From Candidatus Foliamicus sp. (GTDB lineage: Bacteria > Pseudomonadota > Gammaproteobacteria > Steroidobacterales > Foliamicaceae): DNA of 64,000 nt. Position numbers and translations under genes: made by a program. Below, in pieces: positions 35,567 to 45,274 of the stretch. How positions within the stretch are numbered: position 1 is the first letter of the stretch; every line of letters begins with the position of its first letter. The stretch lies in NCBI GenBank assembly GCA_965206955.1, contig OZ242252.1, forward strand, positions 2,179,771 through 2,243,770, in the 5' to 3' direction. The notes under the pieces were generated by a model. It was not told where the DNA came from and made no database searches. It saw only the letters and a list, made by a program, of their open reading frames with translations.

Positions 35567-36847
35567 TTAGCCTGAAGCAGCGGACTCCGCGGAGTCGGCG
35601 CTTTCGTCTTCAGCGGCGGGAGGAGCGATGCCGTCGATCAGTTCCGCGAGTTTCTCGTTCAGCTTTTCGCCGCGCAGGTTCTTGGCCACCAACACGCCAT
35701 CGGAATCCAGCAGGAAATTCATGGGTATTCCCAATACCCCGAACTGCTCCGGAACGGGGCTGTCGTAGGCCAGCAAATCGCTGGTATTGATCCAGGGAAT
35801 TCCGTCTTCTTCACTGGCTTCGGCCCAGTCGTCGCCGTCGTCGTCCAGAGAGAAGGCGAAGACCTCAAAGCCCTTGGGACCGTAATTGCCGTAGCTGGCG
35901 ATGAGATTCGGGTTCTCGGCTCGGCAAGGCCCGCACCAGGATGCCCAGAATTCGATCAAGGTGTACTGGTTGGCGGTGCGCGCGTCCTGCAAGTGGTAAT
36001 CCAGTCCATCCAGCCCAAGGCTGGAGAAGTCCTCAATTTGTGCGCCTTCCTTTAAGGCTGCGGCCGTGGCCCGCATCTCTATGCCCTGGCTGACTCGGCT
36101 GTGCATGGCCATCAGCGCGGGATGTTCGCCCAGTTCGGCCTTCAAGGCATCCAGCCGCGTGAGGGCGTCTTCACCCCCCATGCCGCCCATCAGCACCGCA
36201 TAGAGACTCGCCAGCGGGTCCTCTTCGGATTCCGCGATGGCGCGCAGAGCATTATTACGAACCTTGTGCTGTGCGTTGTAGAGGTCCCACGATTCCTTCT
36301 GGAGCTCCTCAAAACCTTCGTCGCCTTCTTCCATGTCGCTGCGCCTGGCCATCACGTCCCGGTACGCGGCGATTGCCTGTTGGTAGTCTTCACTATCCTG
36401 CCAACTGGCAACGACCTGCTGGTTGTAGGTTCCGCCGCGAGCCCTCAGCCCGGATACTTTCCCTGCGTACTCGATGACAATGTCACCCGGCTCCAGGATG
36501 AACTGCACCGACCCTTTGTTGCTTTCCTCGCTGTCATAGACGACCAATCGAACCACTGCGCCGTCGCTGAATTCCCCGCTCATGGAGAATTCACCATTGG
36601 TGAGCGCCACCCGGCCGGTTTCTTCCGTGCCGCCGAGAACAGCCGTTCCCTGAGTGAGGGCGACCTCACCTTCGTCAAGCAGTTCCGCCACATTGCCGGA
36701 AATCGTGTACTGGGGTGTTGCCTCTTGTGGCTCGACGGACTTTTGGGGATCTGCGCAGCCCGCTAACGCCGTGGCTGCCCACGCAATGAGCAGGAGTGAG
36801 GGTAGCATTGTGCCGGAGACAGTTGGCTGAGAATGCCTTGCTTTCAT
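35567..36847 (-). CDS. TlpA/AhpC-like thioredoxin-fold lipoprotein
   Basis: Lipobox ATALAGC and thioredoxin active site FWASWCGPCRAENP in the C-terminal domain. Confidence 0.85.
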   Translation of the reverse strand: MKARHSQPTVSGTMLPSLLLIAWAATALAGCADPQKSVEPQEATPQYTISGNVAELLDEGEVALTQGTAVLGGTEETGRVALTNGEFSMSGEFSDGAVVRLVVYDSEESNKGSVQFILEPGDIVIEYAGKVSGLRARGGTYNQQVVASWQDSEDYQQAIAAYRDVMARRSDMEEGDEGFEELQKESWDLYNAQHKVRNNALRAIAESEEDPLASLYAVLMGGMGGEDALTRLDALKAELGEHPALMAMHSRVSQGIEMRATAAALKEGAQIEDFSSLGLDGLDYHLQDARTANQYTLIEFWASWCGPCRAENPNLIASYGNYGPKGFEVFAFSLDDDGDDWAEASEEDGIPWINTSDLLAYDSPVPEQFGVLGIPMNFLLDSDGVLVAKNLRGEKLNEKLAELIDGIAPPAAEDESADSAESAASG

Positions 36848-37184
36848 TTGTATTCTCCCGAGGGGAAGCATTTGTTCAGGTATTGGGCGAGTTTCCTGAT
36901 CAGTTTAACTCGGCGCAAGCTCCTTGGCCACAAGCTTTCAGTAGGGTTCGAGCAAGGAACTGGCGGTGCAGTCAGCTTGATCTTCCTCTTGCACAATAGC
37001 CGGCTTCCCAAGACCGCACTAGACGTCCAACTTCAATACCACTGACACAATTCTGGGCCGGAACGCATTGTGTGGAGAACCAAAGCTGCGCAGCTTGCTT
37101 GGTCAAGGGTCTGTGATAGTGTTGGCGATCTAAGCATTGGTTCCGCCAGATGGCGCGGTGTTGGGTTCAACTCGGGAGGCATGT

Positions 37185-39179
37185 ATGGTGGCAAGGAAGC
37201 TAAGGGTATCCAGATCTGGTGCGTTCCTCGCGGCTGCCTTGTTGGCGGCATGCGGAGGCTCGGGGGCCAGTGACCCTTCTGAGCCTCCTCCTCCACCTCA
37301 GAACAGAGCACCGACGATTACGGTGAGTGGCACTGCGTCGGTGGATGAAAACGCCGCAGGGGCGGTAATTGCGTCAGTTCAGACCAACGACGCCGATGGG
37401 GATTCGGTTACAGTCTCGGTGAATGATGACCGGTTTGAAGTAACTGGAGGCAATCTAAAGCTAAAAGAAGGTATGTCACTTGATTACGAGGTTGATTCGT
37501 CGATAAATGTCACAATCACCGCGAGCGACGGGAATGTCTCTTCAAATGCGACAGTCACGATCACCGTCAACGATGTCAAGCTAAACGTGGAGTTCACCGA
37601 CGCTACAAGCGCATCCGGCATAAACTTCCAGCGCGGCTACCAGGAATCCACTGCGGATAGGGACTTTCGCCTGGACCCCGACGTACAGGAGTTTGGGGGC
37701 GGAGTGGCAGCGGGTGACTACGACAATGATGGCCGGGTGGATCTGTTTGTAGTGCGCGGAGACATTGGCCCCAATCTTTTGTACAAAAATTTGGGCGACA
37801 ACACCTTCCAAGATGTCGCTGCCGGTGCCGGCTTGGCCAATACCAAGTCCGCCACAGAGAACTATCCCCATAGCGGACCCGGCTTTGCAGACATGGACGG
37901 TGATGGTGACCTGGACTTGTTCATCGGCGGGATTTCAGGCGGTCCGGCAAAAATATTTGCGAATAACGGCGACGAAACCTTCAGCGACGTTACCGAGGGG
38001 TCGGGCCTGGAATCGATGATCGCGCGTTACACGATATCTTCGGCTTTCGGGGATTACGATCTGGACGGGGACCTGGACATGTTCCTCGCGCATTGGGGAA
38101 CGCCAAGGAACTTCGAGAACGAGCCCGACCTGAGTACCGAGAGCCTCTGGCGCAACGACTCGACGGGTGGCGTCATTCGCTTTATTGACGTCAGCCGAGA
38201 GTCCGCGATCGCACCCAGCATCATTGCTGATAGCCCCAATAACTCAGCTGCTGGCGGTAAACACGACTACACGTTTAGTCCGACATTTGCGCGCATTACG
38301 GACGATCTCTATCCCGACATCGTGATTGCCGCGGACTTTCTTACCTCCCGGTACTATGTCAACAACGGCGACGGAACGTTTTCGAACCGCACGGATCCCG
38401 GCGTGATTATTGACCGCAACGGGATGGGTTCGGCGCTCGGTGACTATGACGGAGACGGCGATCTGGATTGGTTCGTAAGTTCCATCTGGACTGATCCCGA
38501 CGAAGAAGGTGAGCAGTTGTTTACGGTTGGGAACCGCCTGTACCGCAACGATGAGGGTGTGTTCTCAGATGTAACGGAGGAAGCCGGTGTTCGCCACGGT
38601 AGTTGGGGCTGGGGTTCCTGCTTTGCGGATTTCGACAATGACGGGCATCTTGATCTCTATCACACCAACGGATGGCCACACAGGGAAGAATTTGCAGAGC
38701 ATGAGTTTGATGTTGATCCCAGCCGACTCTTCATGTCGAACGGACAGGGCGTGTTCTCGGAAGACGCGGAAGAGGCAGGGATCTTCGATACCGAGCGCGG
38801 GCATGGCATTGTGTGCGGCGACTTTGACAATGATGGTGACGTCGACATCTTTCTGATGCATCACAATGAGCACAACGCCGGTACGCTATGGCGCAACGAC
38901 ACGGCGGTGAACAACTACCTGCGTGTCAAACTCAACGGGCTTGCGCCCAATACTGCGGCCGCAGGCGCACGGATTACGCTTACCGTAGACGGAGTGAAGC
39001 AGTTACGGGAAATCATCATCGGCAGCAATTTCACATCGCAGAATCCCTTGACGCAGATGTTTGGACTGGGAAGTGCATCACAGGCTGACGTCTTGGTGGA
39101 ATGGCCGGATAGGGAAACTACCACGATGAGCAATGTGGATGCCAACCAGCTACTTACGTTGAATCATCCACATCGCTAG
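37185..39179 (+). CDS. cadherin-like + FG-GAP/VCBS repeat + ASPIC/UnbV (CRTAC1-family) lipoprotein
   Basis: Lipobox LLAACGGS. Cadherin-type segment VDENAAGAVIASV..NDADGD. Repeated DxDxDGxxD FG-GAP motifs. C-terminus NNYLRVKLNG...GARITLTVDG. Confidence 0.85.
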   Translation: MVARKLRVSRSGAFLAAALLAACGGSGASDPSEPPPPPQNRAPTITVSGTASVDENAAGAVIASVQTNDADGDSVTVSVNDDRFEVTGGNLKLKEGMSLDYEVDSSINVTITASDGNVSSNATVTITVNDVKLNVEFTDATSASGINFQRGYQESTADRDFRLDPDVQEFGGGVAAGDYDNDGRVDLFVVRGDIGPNLLYKNLGDNTFQDVAAGAGLANTKSATENYPHSGPGFADMDGDGDLDLFIGGISGGPAKIFANNGDETFSDVTEGSGLESMIARYTISSAFGDYDLDGDLDMFLAHWGTPRNFENEPDLSTESLWRNDSTGGVIRFIDVSRESAIAPSIIADSPNNSAAGGKHDYTFSPTFARITDDLYPDIVIAADFLTSRYYVNNGDGTFSNRTDPGVIIDRNGMGSALGDYDGDGDLDWFVSSIWTDPDEEGEQLFTVGNRLYRNDEGVFSDVTEEAGVRHGSWGWGSCFADFDNDGHLDLYHTNGWPHREEFAEHEFDVDPSRLFMSNGQGVFSEDAEEAGIFDTERGHGIVCGDFDNDGDVDIFLMHHNEHNAGTLWRNDTAVNNYLRVKLNGLAPNTAAAGARITLTVDGVKQLREIIIGSNFTSQNPLTQMFGLGSASQADVLVEWPDRETTTMSNVDANQLLTLNHPHR

Positions 39180-39378
39180 TCCATTAGGGGTTCTATCTCG
39201 TTGGCTTGGATCGCATGTCGCGCGCCACAAATTCGTTGACAATAACCTATTCGGCCGGAACCGGATCACCTGTAGGGCCGACGAAAAGTACTGCGCCCAG
39301 CACCGCCATGTAGGGCAGAACTGGGCGCAGATTTTCTTGAAAGCTTCGCATCCTCAAGCTGCCGAGGTGCTTACATCA

Positions 39379-42300
39379 TCAGAAGGACACGTGTATGTTC
39401 AGACGATATGACCGACCTTGCGTCCACTCATAGAAAGGGTTGATGCTGTAATCCTCAATCTCGCCCGTTTCCGGATTCAACTCGTAATTGTCAGCATAGG
39501 CGTCGGTCAGGTTGTTGATCGTAAGAGTGGTGCTTACGCCGTTCAGCCAAGCGGGTGCATCGAAAAACGTGTCATTGCCGAATTCGTAACCAATGACCAT
39601 GTCGTAGATTGTCGCCGGCTTGGTTACGTATTCCAGATTCGAAGAATAGCGCGTGCGGGTTTCGGCAGCGCCCTGCAGATCAAGGCTGAGGAACAATCCG
39701 CCGCTTGTCCAAGTGAATTGCATACTGGTCTGGTGCTTGGGAACCGGATACAGCAGCGCTCTACGCGGCGTCGTGTTGTCCTTCACTGTCAGGAGGCTCT
39801 GGACATCGTCCTGAGCAGGATCAACCAGAACATCAAACCGGTTTGTGTAGGAGCGCCGGGTCAAAATGGAGAAGTCATTGAGGCCCATTGACCAGTCGTA
39901 GCGAAACTCAAAGTCAATGCCGGTGCGATTTACGTAGGAAACATTGACCCAGCGGTTATCGCGCAGGTAAATGTCTTCTGCCGGATCGTAGATAACATTG
40001 CTGGGAAGATTATTGGGGTCGATGTTTGTAACCGAACGGAAATAGGCGATGCGATCCTCGAACTGCGTGTCGCTCCAGCTGGCCCGAAGGAAAACTCCAG
40101 GCAGGAAATTAGGCGAAATCTCGGCAGTTACACCAATGGTTACGGCTGTTTCGGGTACTAGCTTGTCGTTGGCGCCAAGGTTGTCAAAGACGTTGCCTTG
40201 GGCCTGCGTTCTATCCTGTGAGTCCGGTTCCGTGAAGTACAGTCCTTGGAAGGCCGGCGCTGCAATACGCTCCCGGGTACGTTGAATCAACTGGTTCAAT
40301 TGCGGAGCAACGAAAGCCGTTTGCCGGTCGGCCTTGAACTGCAGCTCGTCGTTGACCCGCCACACGATGCCCGTGCTGTAGGTGAATTCGCTACCCGGGT
40401 CGGCGGGTTCGTCCGTTCCGGCCGATCCGGATCGGGTTTCGCGGTAGTGCACTTCCACATTGGAATATGAATCGTAACGGCCAGAGAATGTCAGGTTGAA
40501 GCGCTGAACGCCGGCCATCGCATTGTCGCTGCCGATCAGTGGTATCAACCCCTCAAAGAAGCCGGCTTGGGTCTGACGGCCGATGGAAGTGTTGAATGCT
40601 TCGGCGCCTGCCGGCGAGTCATTCGGGCAAGCAACCGGCGAGCATTGGCCGCCGGAGGCGTGAAACTCCGAAAAGGAATCAAGCACATCTTCGCGGTAGT
40701 CGAAGCCCACGACCAGCGCTATCCTGCCTCCCGGTGCGCTGAACAATTCTCCGCGCAATGACGCCTCGAACTGGGTTTGCTCGTTCTGTGAGCCGCTGTC
40801 CAAGCCCACTGCAAGATACGAGGATAAGTCGCCAAAGGGGTTGATGGGTGTCGGTGGAGCGCCGTAGACGCTGCAGTTTCCGCCGAAGAAGGACGAATAG
40901 CTAAAGCGCGTGCCGCCGATTTCCATTTGCTTCGCTTCGCATGCGGCCCGGTCGATTCCACTGAATCTGCCGATGATTGCCTCAGTTACACCGTCGCTGT
41001 TCATTCCGTTGCGGATGGCGTTGGAATTTACAACGTTCATCTGCCGGGAAGCAATCTCTTGCTCCGAGCGGCTGAATTCCCAGTCCCAGGCCCAGTTGTC
41101 GCTGAATGATCCATCCATGCCCAGCCGGGTGAACAATTCGTCCGTATCGGAATCGAACAAGCGTGGCGGCGTGTTCGGAATCTGGCCAAAAGCTGTGACG
41201 GTAATGCCAAACGGGTTGTAGGGACTATTGCCATGGAAGTTACCGTAGAAGACATTTATCCCGCTGTTTGAGATGGTCTTCTTGGAGCCCCAACGTACAT
41301 TGGCGTGCGCCGTAATGGTGTCCGTGATGGCCTGATCAACGGCCATGTTTACAACATTCTGGTCCTGTTCGGGTCGCAGGCTATAGCCTAATTCAGCACC
41401 CTCTCCGAACCCGGCTGCACCAAAGAGATCGATCGAATTAAGGTCGTCGCCCGGCATAAAGCCCAGAGGCACGGTGATGTCCGCATGACAAGTTGCCATC
41501 GCCTGACTTTCGGCGCCCAGCGCGGCGTATTCATCGCGCGTAAGGATATTGCCGTCGAGTTCATACACGATGGCTCTGGCCTCATTACAGGAACGATCGA
41601 AGAAGTAGCTAAACATGCGTACCTGAGGTCCCGACAGACCGCGCTGCTGTGTACCGGAATCATCACGGTTGGCAAGAATGATTGAATCCCGATTCGAAGC
41701 ATCGAGTCCGGAATCGCGGAAATATTCGTAACCCACGTTGATGCGACCACCGTCCCACGCGAATCCGCCAGCTAGGTTTGCCCGAGTTTCATCAAATCCA
41801 CTCTTATGTGGACGGCTGTAATTCAAGTCTAGTTCAATGCCGGAATAATCCTTCCGCGTAATGATGTTTACTACACCTCCAACGGCATCCGAGCCATATA
41901 CGGCGGAAGCGCCGTCCAACAGAATCTCAATTCGGTCCACCATCGAAAGCGGGATGGTGGAAATATCGGTGACGCCGCCCAACAGGCCGCTGTAGCCAAT
42001 GCGCCGCCCGTCCACCAGAATCAGAGTGGATTCACTGCCGAGCCCGCGTAAATTTACGGTTGATGCTCCGGTAATGTTGTTTGTTCCGTTAAGGTCCGAA
42101 CCGTACGTCTCGTTCGTACCGTTTATGTTTTGGGGCAGTTGACGAAGCACGCGGGCCAGCGTCAACTCGCCGGAAGCACGGATCGCATCCCTGTCCAAAA
42201 TGATGAGATTGCCCGAGAGCTCGGATGGTGAGCGATTCAGCCGGCTGCCGGTGACCCTTACGTCACTCAGCTCCAAGGCTTCTTCGTCTTCCTCGTCCGC

Positions 42301-42426
42301 ATCGTCTTCCTGGGCAAGCGCAAAGTTCATGCTGAGCGCCAACCCGGTGAAAATCGCCAGCATCCAGGAGCAGGCCAGGCCCGCTTTGCCCAAAGCGTGG
42401 CCGAAGGGTTTATCGGAATGTTCCAT
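39379..42426 (-). CDS. TonB-dependent receptor, paralogue of 32237-35308
   Basis: Near-identical plug region (SGNLIILDRDAIRASGELTLARVLRQLPQN, STLILVDGRR) and C-terminus YEWTQGRSYRLNIHVSF. Confidence 0.9.
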   Translation of the reverse strand: MEHSDKPFGHALGKAGLACSWMLAIFTGLALSMNFALAQEDDADEEDEEALELSDVRVTGSRLNRSPSELSGNLIILDRDAIRASGELTLARVLRQLPQNINGTNETYGSDLNGTNNITGASTVNLRGLGSESTLILVDGRRIGYSGLLGGVTDISTIPLSMVDRIEILLDGASAVYGSDAVGGVVNIITRKDYSGIELDLNYSRPHKSGFDETRANLAGGFAWDGGRINVGYEYFRDSGLDASNRDSIILANRDDSGTQQRGLSGPQVRMFSYFFDRSCNEARAIVYELDGNILTRDEYAALGAESQAMATCHADITVPLGFMPGDDLNSIDLFGAAGFGEGAELGYSLRPEQDQNVVNMAVDQAITDTITAHANVRWGSKKTISNSGINVFYGNFHGNSPYNPFGITVTAFGQIPNTPPRLFDSDTDELFTRLGMDGSFSDNWAWDWEFSRSEQEIASRQMNVVNSNAIRNGMNSDGVTEAIIGRFSGIDRAACEAKQMEIGGTRFSYSSFFGGNCSVYGAPPTPINPFGDLSSYLAVGLDSGSQNEQTQFEASLRGELFSAPGGRIALVVGFDYREDVLDSFSEFHASGGQCSPVACPNDSPAGAEAFNTSIGRQTQAGFFEGLIPLIGSDNAMAGVQRFNLTFSGRYDSYSNVEVHYRETRSGSAGTDEPADPGSEFTYSTGIVWRVNDELQFKADRQTAFVAPQLNQLIQRTRERIAAPAFQGLYFTEPDSQDRTQAQGNVFDNLGANDKLVPETAVTIGVTAEISPNFLPGVFLRASWSDTQFEDRIAYFRSVTNIDPNNLPSNVIYDPAEDIYLRDNRWVNVSYVNRTGIDFEFRYDWSMGLNDFSILTRRSYTNRFDVLVDPAQDDVQSLLTVKDNTTPRRALLYPVPKHQTSMQFTWTSGGLFLSLDLQGAAETRTRYSSNLEYVTKPATIYDMVIGYEFGNDTFFDAPAWLNGVSTTLTINNLTDAYADNYELNPETGEIEDYSINPFYEWTQGRSYRLNIHVSF

Positions 42427-42497
42427 GTTGTTTCTCCTCAGTGCAACGGAGAGCGTGGAAATCGCGCCCCATTAGCAGGGCTACTATACACCTTTGG

Positions 42498-42515
42498 ACC
42501 GTCCAATTGGACGGT
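42498..42515. promoter_or_regulatory. perfect 18-bp palindrome upstream of the TonB-dependent receptor gene
   Basis: ACCGTCCAATTGGACGGT lies ~70 nt upstream of the receptor ATG at 42426. Confidence 0.4.
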
Positions 42516-42614
42516 GTGCTTGACGCTTCCTTGGGGCCGTAGAGGTGCTGCGAAGCAACCGGCTTGCTTGCTCCGGCTGGCCATTGCAGAAGGGTTCAAG
42601 CGGCCCTTAAGTGG

Positions 42615-42671
42615 TAGAATTGAAACTGTCTCAATTGTTGCGCGCCGCCTCTGTCGCGGCGCGTTTTTTGC
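42615..42671 (+). promoter_or_regulatory. gyrA-type promoter (-10 TAGAAT with upstream TG) and leader hairpin+U6, copy A
   Basis: gTGgTAGAAT at 42611-42620. Hairpin cgcgccgc(42641-48)/gcggcgcg(42656-63), then TTTTTT (42664-69), then GC-ATG. Confidence 0.5.
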
Positions 42672-43064
42672 ATGCCCGGCCCAACCCCCGAAATCGTCCC
42701 GGTAAAGCTCGAAGAAGAGATGCGCCGGTCCTATCTGGACTACGCGATGTCTGTCATCGTGGGGCGTGCTTTACCTGACGTTCGCGACGGTCTAAAGCCG
42801 GTCCACAGGCGCATCCTGCATGCCATGCGCGAACTCGGAAATCTGCACGATCGGCCGTACAAGAAATCGGCCCGGATTGTCGGTGACGTCATAGGCCGCT
42901 ACCACCCGCATGGCGATACGGCCGTGTACGACGCAATCGTGCGCATGGCGCAGGATTTCTCGCTGCGTTATCCGCTGGTGGACGGACAGGGCAACTTTGG
43001 TTCGGTGGACGGGGACTCGCCGGCCGCCATGCAACTTTCTTTAGGGGCTTGGCAAGGACATTGA
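42672..43064 (+). pseudogene. gyrA: truncated duplicate of the gyrA 5' end (codons 1-120 plus 10 unrelated codons)
   Basis: Near-identical to 45726-46086. It diverges after ...DGDSPAAM into [10 protein letters not shown]-stop, two codons before the catalytic Tyr of the AAMRYTE motif. Confidence 0.9.
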
Positions 43065-43224
43065 AGGCGAGCTGAAGAAGGCGCGTTCCGTCCTCGTTTG
43101 GGAGTTCGTAGCTGGCGCGCCATGCAAACGCTCTCAAAGAACCTACAGATCAGGTGTATGCCGGGGGCGTTGCCCAGGTAGGTGCGGAACACGACGGGGC
43201 AGCCGTTTCCGCAGGAAGTTCCGG

Positions 43225-43614
43225 TTAAAGCGTTTCCAGACCCAGATGCTCCTTGATTGGATCAAAGTCCCGGTCGGAATGGAGCAGAATATGCCTGTTC
43301 TCCATGCAAAAGGTTGCGATCAACATGTCGATGGTCTTGCGCACCGTCACCCCTTTGGCGCGAAGGGTGCGGTAGTTGCCGGCGCTGATCAGGGCGATGT
43401 CCCGTCCCACCATGGGTTCGAATATAAGGGTGTCCAGCGCCGCACGCGCTCTACGAACCTCGTGATCGGAGCGAAAGCCTTGTAAGACCTCAGCGAGGAT
43501 AAGGTCGCCGATAACAATTGGCTCCAGGCCGAGAATGTCATCGAGCAGCGCGGTTTCTCGAGTCTCGACACCTTTGAAGTAGTCAATCCAGACGGAGGAA
43601 TCGACCACGATCAC
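43225..43614 (-). CDS. vapC: VapC PIN-domain toxin
   Basis: MIVVDSSVWIDYF..., 129 aa, 4-nt overlap with the upstream antitoxin. Confidence 0.9.
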   Translation of the reverse strand: MIVVDSSVWIDYFKGVETRETALLDDILGLEPIVIGDLILAEVLQGFRSDHEVRRARAALDTLIFEPMVGRDIALISAGNYRTLRAKGVTVRKTIDMLIATFCMENRHILLHSDRDFDPIKEHLGLETL

Positions 43615-43805
43615 CGGTCGCGCCGCATCTCGTCAAGCGAGCCTTCCCAAGGTAGCTTTCCGCGCAACCGCCGGACTCGTCCTTGCGCCTGGGTTCGCAC
43701 CAGCAGGCGCAATGCTTCTTCAACGGCGGCCCTCTTGGTCTTGAATCCCCCCGCCTTCAGCGCCTCCGCCATCAGGTTGTCATTGATCTCGATATTGGTG
43801 CGCAT
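43611..43805 (-). CDS. vapB: VapB-type antitoxin
   Basis: MRTNIEINDNLMAEALKAGGFKTKRAAVEEALRLLV, 64 aa. Confidence 0.85.
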   Translation of the reverse strand: MRTNIEINDNLMAEALKAGGFKTKRAAVEEALRLLVRTQAQGRVRRLRGKLPWEGSLDEMRRDR

Positions 43806-43817
43806 CGCAGCCTCCCA

Positions 43818-43846
43818 TGTGTATTATCACAAGAATTATACACATT
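43818..43846. promoter_or_regulatory. inverted repeat in the vapBC promoter region (putative operator)
   Basis: ATGTGTAT (43818-25) ... ATACACAT (43839-46), immediately upstream of the vapB start. Confidence 0.4.
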
Positions 43847-43985
43847 GAATACACGGCAAATAGTCGCCCAGCAGCGCTTCGCGCTCATCTTTCATAACCC
43901 GCCCACGCACGCGAGGATGGTCCTGACAGGCAGGTACGGCAGGAACGGGATATGCTTGTATAGCGTTTTCAATTAGGAGCTGATT

Positions 43986-44210
43986 ATGCTTGCCATCCGG
44001 CTGCCCGCCGAAGTGGAAGACCGCCTTGAAGCACTGGCGCAGGCCACTGGGCGCACCAAAACCTTTTATGCCCGCGAAGCGATCCTTGAGCACTTGGATG
44101 ACCTCGAAAATTTGTATCTCGCGGAGCAGCGGTTGATCAATATTCGTGCAGGCAAAACCCAAACTGTGCCACTCGCAGAAGCGATGAGGCCCTATGGAAT
44201 GGAGGGTTGA
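43986..44210 (+). CDS. ribbon-helix-helix (RelB/ParD/CopG-type) antitoxin
   Basis: MLAIRLPAEVEDRLEALAQATGRTKTFYAREAILEHLDDLEN, 74 aa. Confidence 0.8.
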   Translation: MLAIRLPAEVEDRLEALAQATGRTKTFYAREAILEHLDDLENLYLAEQRLINIRAGKTQTVPLAEAMRPYGMEG

Positions 44211-44466
44211 GTTTGACCCCGCAGCAGGACGGGAGTTAGGGAAGGTCGACCCACAGATAGCGCGGCGCATCCTCGCCTTTCTGCAAGACCGGCTCGTCCA
44301 TATCGATAACCCGCGTAGCGTCGGGAAAGCCCTTTAAGGTTCCACGCTGGGCGAGTTCTGGAAGTACCGCGTCGGCGACTATCGAATCATTGCACACATC
44401 GAGGACGACGCATTGCGCATCCTTGTTGTGCGCATTGGCCACCGCAGGTCGGTCTACAGGAAATAG
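44194..44466 (+). pseudogene. relE: RelE/ParE-family toxin interrupted by an in-frame TAA
   Basis: Manual translation gives MEWRVEFDPAAGRELGKVDPQIARRILAFLQDRLVHIDNPRSVGKAL-TAA(44335-44337)[42 protein letters not shown]. Same frame throughout. Confidence 0.8.
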
Positions 44467-44921
44467 AACAGCTTTGCGGCGCTGTGTCCAGCGCCGGCGG
44501 GGTCATGCGCCAAGCGTGCCCGGAAGGCGGCGGGCGTCAGTATCGGCACGGCAAATGTCTGGCTCAGCGCCAGCAGATCCTTATCGCCGGTGATCAAGGC
44601 ATCGGCATTGGCGGTCAACGCCAGTTCCAGAAACGGGCGGTCGAAAGGGTCGCGGCAATCGGGAACCTTGATCCGGTTCGGCGCGGTGACAGTTTCGCAC
44701 CATGGCAAATAATCGCCCAACAGGTCTTCGCGTTCATCGTTTGTCAGGCGAAACCTGGGATAGGACAGAACCCGGATCAGTTCCTCCGCGGTGTCGCGGC
44801 TTACCAGCGGACGGATGGCATCCGATTGCCATGCTGATCGCAGCCAGGGCAGGGCGCCCGCATGAAACAGGAGAGCTGAAAGCACGACATTGGTGTCGAG
44901 CACCGTGCGGGGCGGGGTCAT
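44454..44921 (-). CDS. PIN-domain toxin (TIGR00305-like)
   Basis: [19 protein letters not shown]...LITGDKDLL. Start ATG at 44921 with a 4-nt overlap with the antitoxin. The ORF-track 278-aa version is over-extended. Confidence 0.8.
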   Translation of the reverse strand: MTPPRTVLDTNVVLSALLFHAGALPWLRSAWQSDAIRPLVSRDTAEELIRVLSYPRFRLTNDEREDLLGDYLPWCETVTAPNRIKVPDCRDPFDRPFLELALTANADALITGDKDLLALSQTFAVPILTPAAFRARLAHDPAGAGHSAAKLFYFL

Positions 44922-45160
44922 GCGCCAGACTTGCCCCCGTCGCGCGCCCAGGATATGGCCTGGGCTACGTCGTCCTCCGTAATCCCCAACTCGGATAGCT
45001 TGGCTCGCACGGCGTCGCTGCGATTGACCCGCACCGGCGTCAGCACGATACGCCCGTTGTCCTCCGTTACGTCGAAATATTCCGTGCTGCGACACGAAGC
45101 CAGCACTGCCTTGGGCAGAGTCAACTGATTCTTGGATGTCAGCTTGGCAAGCATGGCCAA
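44918..45160 (-). CDS. AbrB/MazE/SpoVT-family antitoxin
   Basis: MAMLAKLTSKNQLTLPKAVLAS... looped-hinge-helix motif, 80 aa. Confidence 0.8.
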   Translation of the reverse strand: MAMLAKLTSKNQLTLPKAVLASCRSTEYFDVTEDNGRIVLTPVRVNRSDAVRAKLSELGITEDDVAQAISWARDGGKSGA

Positions 45161-45274
45161 TCCTCAAGTAAGGAAACAAGGATGTAAGGATACAGTACAT
45201 TCGATACGCATGCCGAGATACGGAAACTTGAACAGAGCGGCATTCCCGTTCCCCATGCAGAGGCGGTAGTCGAT

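Noticed and set aside
43064-43224. Possible integrase or transposase remnant at the left edge of the gyrA island
   Set aside because: All six frames were read by eye and only short ORFs without recognisable recombinase motifs appear. It cannot be called without a similarity search.
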